Positions 39,298 to 51,000 of a DNA stretch of 64,000 bases are shown one piece after another. A program made the position numbers and the translations under genes. Source of the stretch: Haplodiscus bocki. Its lineage: Eukaryota. Each line of letters starts with the position of its first letter. The stretch's first letter is position 1. The DNA lies in contig OZ296656.1 of NCBI GenBank assembly GCA_965655095.1, forward strand, positions 39,742,001-39,806,000. Reading direction: 5' to 3'. Under the pieces are notes generated by a model. The model saw nothing but the letters and a program-made list of their open reading frames with translations, made no database searches and was not told the DNA's origin.

Positions 39298-42034
39298 ATT
39301 TAGCCAACAGTTTGACAATTTTTGGTCGAACTACAGGAAGGAATATGAATATATATTTTTTACATAAAAAACTCAGAACGAAACTCAGGATGAAAAATTG
39401 CAGTATTGACAAAAGCTCCGTGAGTTAATCTTACCGAAAGTCCTAGAAACTTAGACTGAAAGTCCAATGAAGTTGACGAACGGACAAATTGTTTTGTTAA
39501 CAATTTTTTGTTGAGAAGAATGCTCGATAAGAGGGTAGTTTTCTATAAACACGCTTTCATCCATTTAGGATGCATCTTTAACAAAGTTGTTGAGCTGGAA
39601 AACTGCCATTGCTAGCCGGCCGGGTTGTTTAAAATCCATTGACAGTAGATGCTAACACGAAGCGCAATTGCACTGCAAGCGTTTCCCACAAGGCGGTACG
39701 TAATTGATAAATTGAACAAACAACAGTTTTTCATGGAAGAGAAACCAGCTCTTGAGATAGAAAAGGTGTCATTGGAGATCCTGATTGAACAATTCAAGTC
39801 AATGTCAGGAGTAAAACGGGAGATTTTTTGGTGTAAGCGTCGTGTTGTAGTGTGAAAGCTTCATTTTAAAACTTCATAAAAAAACTCAAAGCTGTTGTTT
39901 TTGGTGGGGATGATTTGAAAATTAGAGATTTGTCCGAAATAAGCTCACCTGTGCCGCTTTTGGCCTATCAAGATTTCATTTCCGGTGTGGAAATCATACT
40001 TTGAAATATTTAAAAACGAACATTTCCTTTTAGGTATAAATCCATATGGATTGACACCCTGATGGAAATAAAATGGGTAGGTAGATTTGATAAGTTAGGA
40101 GTTTGAATATCGAGGTGCTTCTAGACTAAAAGCACTTTCTGGCATTTCCGGTCCATCTAGATTCCACAAAAAATTACAAAATCAACAATATCCTGATCAA
40201 ATGTTATACTTCAAGTTGGAAGCATTAGGTTGAGACTTTGTAAAAGGATATCATTTTGGTTGTTATGATAGAGCCCGTGTTAGAAAGTTGAGAAGAGTCC
40301 TTGTTTAGAAACAGTTCTTGACTTTTTTGGATTATCAAAAGTCAAACGGAATCAACGGATAAAACAGTTGTTATTAAAAAAAGCCTCAAACGCAAAAACG
40401 TTTCTACTACGACTTTGGGGGAAGAAATTAAACCTGTAGTTTCGGAATCAGATGGTTTATAATGACCAAAGAAATCAAAAGTGATAGCATATTTTTGAAC
40501 TTTTGAAGTATCAAGTTTCTGATGTGAGGAAAAATGTCAACTTTTACTGGCCAATCAACCTACAAAAGTTTAAAGTTATCGGCAGACACCAAGATGGATT
40601 ATAGCAAGCCTCTAGTTACGGGAAATTGAGAGTTTCAAAATGGAGATGCAACAGTAAAAATATTTTTTTTTGGGATGTCGGTTTGTCAACCTTGCATTTC
40701 AGAAATCAGAATACACAATACCTTCATCGAGATTTTTCTTCGACTAAAACGTTTTCGAATGAGACCTTGACGGAACAACTGAAACCTGTAGTTATGGATG
40801 AGAACTGAGGTTGAGTTTCAAAAATGAGAAAACTTATCACTGGGAAGTTTTGCCGGAAAATTTGGAATATCAAGATTGTAATTCAATGAACAAAATCAAC
40901 AGTTTCTTACCTCAACATTCCTTTAAAAAAATCACGTACGAAGTTGAGAACTTGATGCAGGACTTACAGCTCGCAAAGTCTGTGGAATACATTTTTGAAT
41001 AGAGAGGGAGTTAAAAAACACCTTTTGAAAGTTTTGAACTGTCAAGTCTCTAAAATTCTCTACAAGTGGACAGTTTCCGATTCCAACCCTCTTGGAAAAA
41101 AATAATTTTCTAAAGCTTTTTTGTCAAAATTTCTGACTAACAGGATTCTGAGGCAATGATCAAGATTAACGGTTTTTCACCTGAATACCTTTCTACAAGA
41201 ATCATATATTAGAATGAAAACTTCACGCGGGAATTCAAACCGGTAAGTTTTGAGGAATACATGTGTGAATAACGGGCGAAATCAATAAAAAAAGCACCTT
41301 TCGAAACATTTGGATTCTAAAGATTCTTTTAAAACTAACAAACACAAACAATTCTATCATAGAAAGGCTCTTTTCGTCTGTACATTTTCCGATTCGGAAC
41401 CTGTTGGAAGAAAAATTGACATTGGAAAGTGTTCTTTGGAACATTCTCACTGTCAGTATTCTGAGGCAAGCAAGAAAAGACAATGTTTTTTCGACTACTT
41501 GTCTACAAATTCTCTGTTTTAGATTGAGATCTTGATGGGAGAAAATGAACATGTAGTGGTTGAGAAATGAGAGCTTGAATATCGATTCATGTGAAAAAAA
41601 AGCTTCTTTTGGTATATTTGGACTGTCACAAATCTGCTGAATGGATCGAAACAAAAGATTTTGTATTTGAATTGTCTGCCGGAAATGGAATGTCTCCGAT
41701 GGAGACCTTGGTTGGAGAGGGCATACCTGTTGTTGATGTTAAAAATGAGTTTATAATTAGAGACACATGATTATTATTAAATAAATTCTCATTTTCTGAC
41801 TATGGGGATTTTGATGGGAGGAAAAGACTAAAATTTTTCAGAAGACCTAGTCACCACCAACAGAAGGCATCCGAATGTGAACTATATGGAAGATTTGAAC
41901 GCGAACTTTTGCGGAAAAATGAGTTTCAATATAAACGGAGTTCAAAACTAGTCGAAATTTTTGGCAATATCTCAATTTCGATATTACAATACGTTGTGAA
42001 ACAGCAGGCTCTTTTTAGAAAAAATCCTTTTTGT
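39298..42034. repeat. AT-rich head block, copy 3 (5'-truncated)
   Basis: TAGCCAACAGTTTGACAATT at 39301 matches 10461, so the first ~660 bp of copy 1 are missing. Interspersed-repeat arm ends at 39657; 310-bp modules lie at ~40790-41700. Confidence 0.95.
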
Positions 42035-45000
42035 GCCATGGCGAAAGAGCGCACAAAAAAGGCCCCTGTAAAATGGCACATGGAAAAAGCCACGGCGAAA
42101 CGGCGCACTGAAAAATCCCGGACAAAAGAGAGCACAAAATAAACCCCTGCGACTGAGCGCACATAGATGGCCCTGCAAGAAAACGTGCACAAAGAGCTCC
42201 AGCGAAGAAGCAGAAGGAAAGAACCCCCGTGAAGTAATGAAGGGAAAAGACCCCGGCGAAAGAGTGCCTCGAAAGAATTTTCGCCCGGATAAAGCCCACG
42301 CAAAAAAGCGCACGGGAAAGGCTCCGGCGAAAAAGCGCACGGAGGATGAACTGCAAAAAAGCGCGCGGAAAAATTTCAAACGATTGATCGCCCGGAATAT
42401 CCTCATGCAATTAAACGCACGGAGAAAGCCCCTGCAAAAAACTGCAGAAAAAGCCCCTGGGAAAAAAACCTTGGAAAAGTTCCCGCGAAAAGGTGCAAAG
42501 AAAAAGCTCCGGCGAATGAGAGCACCAAAAAAGCGGGGAAAAAGCCGCGGTGATAGAACGCACACAGAGTGTCCAGCAAAACGATGCACGGGGAGGGCTC
42601 AAACGAGAGAGCGCAGAGAAAAACACCCGCCAAACAGCTCATGGAAAAAGACCGCAAAAAAACCCTCGAATAAATAACAGAAAACCCCTACAAATGAGTG
42701 CACATAAACGGCCCTGAAAAAAAAGCGCGGAAAAACCTCAAGCTTAGTTGTGCGGGGAAAAAAGCCCCCGCGAAAGAGTGCAGACAGAGGGTCCTGCAAA
42801 AAAACGCGCCAAATTGGATCAAACGAGAGAGCGCAAGGATAGAACCCCCGCGAAGTGTCGCCCAGAAATGGCCCTTGCCAAGCAACGCATGGAAAACACC
42901 CCGGCAAAAAACGCATGGTGGAAGCCCCTGTGAAAAAGCCAACAGCGAAAGAGCCCGTGGAAATTGCCCATGCGAAAGAGTGCACGGAAATAAAGCCCCG
43001 CAGAAGAGCGTACTGAGAAAGCCCCCGTGAGAAAACCCATAGAAAAAGCACCTGTAAAAGAACACACAAAAAAGTCCTCACAAAATAGCGCAGGTAAATT
43101 CGCTGTGAATGAGTGCAAAAATTCGGCCATACGAAAAAACGCACGGAAAGGGCTCACGCGAAAAAGCGAAAGGCAAATGCCCTTCGCAAAAGCGCACGGA
43201 AATCACCCGGCAAAAAGCGCACAGAAAAAACACTGCAAAAGAGCGCATGGAAATTGCCCAAGCGAATGAGTGCACAGAAACACAGCCACCGATGAAGAGT
43301 GCACGGAAAAAGTCCGTGCCAAAGAGCGCATTCAAAAATCCCCAGTGAAAACTGCATGGAAAAAGCCACTGCGATGGAGTGAATTGAAAAATTCCACTCA
43401 AGAAAACCCACGGAAAAAGCACTTGTGAAAGAACGCACCACGAAATTCCTCATAAAAGATCGCAGGTAGAATCTCCAGCGGAAGAGCGCTCTGAAAAAAC
43501 TGCCAAAGAGCGCATTGAAGAAGCCCCCGCAAAAAAGCGAGCCGAAAAACACCTGCGAAACATTGCATTAAAAAAGTCCCTGCTAAAGATAGCAAGAAAA
43601 TCACTGCGAAAGAATGCACGGAAAAAATCCCGGCGAAAGAGCGCTCAGAGATAACCCAGGCGAAGGAGCGCTTGCAAAAAGCCCCGGCGAAAAAGCGCAT
43701 GGATAAATTCCCTGCGATTAAACGCAAATATACGTCGCTGCAAAAAAACGCACGAAAAAGGCTCAAGATGAATAGCCCAAGGAAAAACCCGAACCCCAAG
43801 AAAAGCACAGGGAAGAAACCAAATGAAAGCAGTCATCAAAAAGACCCCAGCAAAAACGCTTAGAAGTTAACTGCCAAAGTGTTCGTGGAAATTGCCCAAG
43901 CGAAAGAGTGCACAAACTTAAAGCCCCTGCCAAGGAGCGAACGCAAGAATCCCCTCTGAGAAAACGCACCGAAGAAGCCCCTGCGAAGCAATGCACCGAG
44001 GAACTCCACGCGACCAAGCCCACGGAAAAAGCACCTGTTAAAAAGCGCACCGAAAATTTTCTCACAGAAAGTGCAGGTTAAAACCTCCTGCGAATGAGCA
44101 CACGGAAAGGAACTGCGGAAGAGCGCACTGAAGAAGCCCCTTTGAAAGAGAACACGGGAAAAGCGCATGATAAACACTGCAAGGAATAATCCCGTGCCAA
44201 AGACCGCACGGAGAAAGCCGCCGGGAAAAAGCGAGCGCCATAACATATGCAAAAGATTGCACGGACAACAACCCTGCAAAAAACGCACGGGAGATGCCCC
44301 CACGGAAAAGCCCACGGAAAAAACCTTTTGAGAGAGCTCATGGAAAACTCCCCCATGAGAAAACGCACTCAAGATGCACCTGCGAAAAATTGCCGGGAAA
44401 GAAACGCCTGCAAAAAAGTAAAGGGAAAAAGCCCTTGTAAAAAAGCGCCTGGAAAAAGCCACTGCCTAGAAGAGTAGTAAAAAAGCACCCTGCAAGAAAA
44501 TGCAAGGGTAAAACTGCCGTGAAACAGCGCAAGAAAATAAAACCGGTGAGAAAGCGCACCGAAAACACCCTTGCAAAAGAGTGCACAGAAAAAAAGCCCC
44601 TGTGAAAGAGCGCGCCGAACAAGGTCAAAAAAGGTCAACGAAAAATCCACGGAACAAGCTCCAATAAAGCGCGGGGAATAGCCTCTGCGGAACGAGCGTA
44701 CATAAAAGTGAACGCTCTGGATCGCACTCGCAAAAATCTTATGAAGGAGGGCACGGAAAACGGCCACCTCGAAAGAGCACTCGGAAAAAGTTCCTGCATA
44801 ACAGAGCACGGAGTATGCCCCAGCGAATTAAATCACATAGAAGGATTTGCAAAAAAGCGTTCAAAAAAGGCTCAAGTGAAAGATTGTTGAAAAAATTCCA
44901 CGCGAAAGAGCACAAAGAAAACGCCGCTGCAAAAAACCACATGGAAAAAACCTCGTCGAACGAGCGCACGGAAAAAACTCAGCGAAAGAGCACACGTAAC

Positions 45001-48000
45001 AAGCCCTTGGAAAAGAGTGCAAAAGAAAAGCTCTCGCGAAAGAGCAGACGGAAAAGACCGCGGTGAAAGAGTGCACCGATTGAGGGCACACAAAAAATAC
45101 TGCAGGAAAGCACACTGCAAAAACCCTTGCAAAAAATTGCACGGAAAAAAACCCCTGCGAAAGAGCGCATGCAAAAAACCACTGCAAAGAAGCGCACGGA
45201 AAAAACTCACGGGGATGAGCCCATGGACATTTCCGCTGCGAAAGACTGCACGCTAAAACATTCCCTCGAAAAAGGAAAAGATCCCCCCGCAAAAAAACTC
45301 ACGGAAAAAGCACTTGGGAAAAAGTGCACGAAAAATTCCCCCGCAAAAGAGAGTAGATAAAAAATTCCTGCGAAAGAGCGCGCGGAGGAATCCCTTGTAA
45401 CAGAGCGCTCGAATAAAGCTAAGCGCAAAAGCGCACGGAAAAAGGCACTGCGAAAAAGCGTTAGGAAATAGCCCCACGAAGGAGCTTATGGAACTCTCCT
45501 TTGCAAAAATGTGCAGGGCATAAGTGCCCCGTGAGAGAACCTGCCGAAAAGGCCACCGCGATGGAGCCCATTGAACTATTCCTTGACAAAAAGTGCACGG
45601 TGGAAGCCCCGGAAAAAAGGCACCAAAAAGTCTCCGACGAGAAAGCGCATTGAAAACGACCCTGCGAAAAAGTAGATTGAAACCGTCCATGCGAAAGAAT
45701 GCACGGTGAAAATCTCTAGGAAAAAGCTCAAGGGAAAGTTCCTGCTAAAGAGCGCACACAGAATGGTTCTGTGGAAAAGTGCACGGAAGCAACGCTGAAA
45801 AAACGCAATGAAAAAACCACTGCGAAAGAGCGCACGGAATTGGCCCCTGCGAAAAAACGCAAGCGAAAAGCTCACGGGGATGAGACCATGGATTTATCCG
45901 CTGCTATAGAGTACACCCAAAAACAGCACCAAGATTTAGAGCACGGAAATAGACGCTACGAAAAAGGCTGTGTAAATCGTCGATGCCTAAGCAATCACGG
46001 AATATGTCACCGGGAAAGATTGCAATGTAAAAGCCTTGCGAAGGAGCATGCCAAGAAAGAACCCATGGTAAAAGAGATGCAAAGGAGTATGCAGAAGAAG
46101 CCCTGCGAAAGATGTTACGCAAAAGAGCCTCTACAAAAAAGTGCAAGGAAAAAGCCCTTGCAAAAGAGCGCACGGAAATTGCCCCTGCGAACAAACGCAC
46201 GCAAAAAAGTTCAAGGGGAAGCGCCCATGGACATGTCGGCTGCAAAAGAGTACACGGGAAAACACCGCCACGAGTTAGAGCACGGAAATAGACGCCGCCA
46301 AAAAGCCCCTGTAAACTGTCGATGCCTAAAAAACCACGGAATAGGTCCCCGGGAATGATTGCACGGTAAAAACCTTGCGAAAGAGTATGCCGAGGAAGCT
46401 TCGCAAAAGAAGGCGCGGAAAAAAGGCCCTGCACAATGGCACACGGCAAAAACCTATGCGATAGAGGTCACTGAAAAAGCCACTGCCAAGAGACACACGG
46501 ACAATGCACCGCGAAAGCGTCCAGAGAAATCATCCATGCTAACAAGTGCACAGAAGGGCCCCCCGGGGAAGGCCCTGTGAAAAGACGTACCGAAAAAACT
46601 TCACAGAAAGGCCCACAGAAAAATTGCCAGGAAAAAAGGTCACAAAAAAGAACGATCCCCAGCGAAAGAGCTCTCGGAAAAGTTGATGCGGAAAAGCGCA
46701 CGGAAAATGCCCCGGCAGAAAAACGCACGGAAGAAACGAGAGCGAAAGAGTGCACGCAGAAAATCACTGCAAAGCAGCGTACGGAAAATCAAGCGCTGGT
46801 GAGTCCATGGAAATCTATGCTGGAAGTGTGTGCGCGGGATAAAAGCCCTGAGAAAGAGAGCACGGAAAAAGGCCTGCGAACTATCCCATTGTAATCTCCC
46901 CTGCCAAAGAGAGCATGGAAAAAACCACTGCAAAGAAGCGCAGGGAAAAAGCTCACAGGGATGAGCCCATGGATATCTCCGCTGCGAAAAAGCGCACGGA
47001 GAAAGCCCCGGAAAAAATTTGACTAAAAATCTCCTGCGACAGAGGACACTGAGAACGACCCTCCGAAAAAATAATGGAAACCGTCCGTGCGAAAGAGTGC
47101 ACAAGAGATGCCCCTGCAAAAAGCCCACGGGAAAATCCCTGCGAAGGAGAGTGCAGAAGAAGCTTTCTGAAAGCGGTCGTGAAAAAAACTCTCTGCAAAA
47201 AAGCGCGCTGCAAAAACTTTTGCGAAAAAGCGTGGCGAAAAAGCCACTGCGAAGAAGCACACAGAAAAAGCTCCTGGGTAGGAGCCGATCGATATCTCCA
47301 CTGCGTAAGAGTGCCAGGGAAAACAGCCCCTCGAAAAAGAGCACGGTAAAAGCTGCGCGAAAAGGTCCACGGGAAAAGCACATACCAAAAAGACCACGAA
47401 AAAAGACCCTACCAAACAGTGCAGGTGAAAAGTTCCTGCAGAGAATCGCACAGACGAAACCCTTGCGAAAGAGCGCAGAAAAAAGCCCCCGCAAATGCTC
47501 CCATTGAACTCTCCCCTGCAAAAAGGAGAAAGACCCGGAAAAAAATTGAACCAAAAATCCACCCCCGAGAGAGAGCACTGTAAACGACCCCGCGAAAGAG
47601 TCCATGGAAACCGTCCATGCGGAAGTTTGCACGGAAGATGCACTGGGGAAAAAACCCATGGGGAAAGCCCTGCAAAAGAGCGTGCTGAAAAAGCTTTGCG
47701 AAAGAAGGCGCGGAAAAGAGGCCCTGCACAAAAGCGCAAGGCAAAAACGCCTGCGATAGGGCGCCAGCATAATTGATCTGCCGGAAAGCGCACGGAGGAA
47801 AGCACTAAGTAAAATGTACGAAGAAGCTCCTGGGAAAGAGGGCACGCAAAAGAGCCTCTACAAAAAAGTGCAAAGAAAAAGCCCAAGCGAAAGAGCCCAC
47901 TGAAACCATCCATGCGAAAAGGTGAACGCAGGTGGCCCCAGAAAAAATGCGCCAAGAAGTTTCCCGTTGGAGAGCGCTCTGAAAACGACTCTGCGAAAGG

Positions 48001-51000
48001 GTCCATGGAAACCAACTACTCGAAACTTTGCACAGAGGTTGCACCGGTAAAAAGACCCATTGGAAACACCCTGCTCAAAAGCGCACCTCAAAGACCCCTG
48101 CGATAAAGCATCCAGAAAATGGTTCCGCGAAAAGGCGAGCGGAAAAGGCTCCTGGGGATGAGCCCAGAGATGCCTCCGTTGCGAAAGAAAGCCCGGGGAA
48201 ACAGCCTCGCAACAGATAGCACGGAAAAAGACCCCGCAAAAAACCCCTTGTAAGTAGCCCATGCGAAACAGTTCACGGAAGATATCCCCAAGAAAGAGCC
48301 CATGGTAAACGCCCTGCGAAAAAACGTACCAAAAAACCCCCAGCGAAAGAGCCCAGGGAAGTCTCACATGCAACAATATGCACGGAGGAGGCCCCGGAAA
48401 AAATGCACCAAAAAGTTACCCTCAGGATCGTGCACTGAAAACGATCCTGCGAAAAAGTAGATTGAAACCGTCCATGCGAAAGAATGCAAAGGAGGTACCC
48501 CTTGGGAAAAAGCCCAAGGGAAATGTCGTGCTAAAGAGCGCACGCAGAACGGTTCTGTGGAAAAGTGCACGGGAGCAACCCTAAAAAACGCACTGAAAAA
48601 ACCACTGCAAAAGAGCGCACGGAAATGTGCCCTGCAAAGAAACGCACGCAAAATGTTCAGGGGGATGAGCCCATGGATATCTCCGCTGCCAAAGACTGCA
48701 CGGTAAAACGGGCCCCAAGAAGAGCAGAAAAAAATCCCCCCGCAAAAAAAAACCCACGGTAAAACCACTTGCGAAAAAGTGCACGAAAAAACCCCTACGA
48801 AAGAGAGCAGATAAATTGTTCCTGCGAAAGAGCGCAGGAAAAAAAACCCTTCGCAAAAAAGTCTCGGAAAAAGCTCAGCCATAAAGCGCACGGAAAGAGG
48901 CACTGCTAATTAGCGTTCGGAAATAGCCCCCACGAAGGAGCTCATAGATATCTCCCTAGCAGAAAAGTGCAGGATTAAAGCTCCACATGAGAGAATGTAC
49001 CGAAAAAGCCCCCGCGATGTAGCCCATAGAAATCTTCCCAGCAAAAAAGCGCACGGAGAAAGCCCGGAAAAAATTGCACTAAAAAATATCCGGCAACTGA
49101 GGGCACTGAAAACGACCCTCCGAACAATTATTGGAAACCGTCCATGCAAAAGAGAACACAAGAGAAGCCCCTGCAAAAAACCCACGGGAAAATCCCTGCA
49201 GTGGAGAGTGCGGAAGAAGCTTTCTGGAAGCTGTCGTGAAAAAAACCCCCTGCAAAAAAGCGCGCTGCAAAAACTTCTGCGAAAGAGCTTGCCGAAAAAG
49301 CCACTGCGAAGAAGCGCACAGGTAAAACTCCTGGGTATGAGCCGATCGATATCTCCACTGCGAAAGAGTGCCAGGGAAAACAGCCCCACCAAAAAGAGCA
49401 CGGTAAAAGCTGCGCGAAAAAGTCCACGGGAAAAGCACATACAAACAAGAGCACGAAAAAAGACCCTACCAAACGGTGCAGGTAAAAAGCTCCTGCAGAG
49501 AATTGCACAGAGGAAACCCTTGCGAAGGGGCGCACAAAAAATCCCCCCCCCAAATGCTCCCATTGAAGTGTCCCCTGCAAAAATTTGCACGGAGAAAGAC
49601 CCGGAAAAAATTGAACCAAAAATCCAACTTCCAGAGAGAACACTGTAAACGACCTCGCGAAAGAGTCCATGGAAATCGTCCATGCAGAATTTTGCTCGGA
49701 AGATGCACCGGAGAAGAACCCATGGGGAAAGCCCTGCAAAAGAGCGTGCCGAAAAAGCTTTGCGAAAGAAGGCGCGGAAAAGAGGCCCTGCACAAAAGCG
49801 CAAGGCAAAAACGCCTGCGATAAGGCGCCAGCAATATTAATCTGCCGGAAGGCGCACGGAGTAAAGCACTAAGTAAAACGGACGAAGAAGCTCCTGGGAA
49901 AGAGGGCACCCGAAAAAGCACTCCAAAGAAGCGCACGGAAAGAGCTCCTGAGGATGAGCCTATGGATACCTCCGTTGCGAAAGAATGCCCGGGGAAACAG
50001 CCTCGCAAGAAATAGGACGGAAAAAGTCCCCGCAAAAACCCCTTGTAAGTTGTCCATGCGAAACAGTTCACGGAAGATATCTCAAAGAAAGAGCCCATGG
50101 TAAACGCCCTGCGAAAAAACGTACCAAAAAAGCCCCAGCGAAAGAGCCCAGGGAAGTCTCACATGCAAAAAGATGCACGGAGGAGGCCCCGGAAAAAATG
50201 CACCAAAAAGTTACCCTCCGGATCGTGCACTGAAAAAGATCCTACGAAAAATTCGATTGAAACCGTCCATGCGAAAGGTTGCAGAGGAGGTACCCCTTGG
50301 GAAAAAGCGCAAGGGAAAAATCATGCTAAAGAGCGCACACAGAATGGTTCTGTGGAAAAGTGCACGGGAGCAACCCTAAAAAAAACGCACTGAAAAAACC
50401 ACTGCAAAAGAGCGCACGGAAATGTGCCCTGCAAAGAAACGCACGCAAAAAGTTCAGGGGGATGAGCCCATGGATATCTCCGCTGCGAAAGACCGCACGG
50501 TAAAAGACGCCCCCAAGAAGAGCAGAAAAAATCCCCCCGCAAGAAAAACCACGGTAAAACCACTTGCGAAAAAGTGCACGAAAAAAAACCCTTCGAAAGA
50601 GAGCTGATAAAAAGTTCTTGCGAAAGAGCGCAAGAAAAAAAACCCTCGCAAAAAATTCTGGGAAAAAACTCAGCGATAAAGCGCACGGAAAGAGGCACTG
50701 CTAATTAGCGTTCGGAAATAGCCCCCACGAAGGAGCTTTTGGATATCTCCCTTGCAGAAAAGTGCAGGATAAAAGCTCCACATGAGAGAGTGTACCGAAA
50801 AAGCCCCCGCGATGGAGCCCATAGAAATCTTCCCAGCAAAAAAGCGCACGGAGAAAGACCCGGAAAAAATTGAACCAAAAATCCATCCCCCAGAGAGAAC
50901 ACTGTAAACGACCTCGCGAAAGAGTCCATGGAAATCGTCCATGCAGAATTTTGCACGGAAGATGCACCGGAGAAGAACCCATGGGGAAAGCCCTGCAAAA

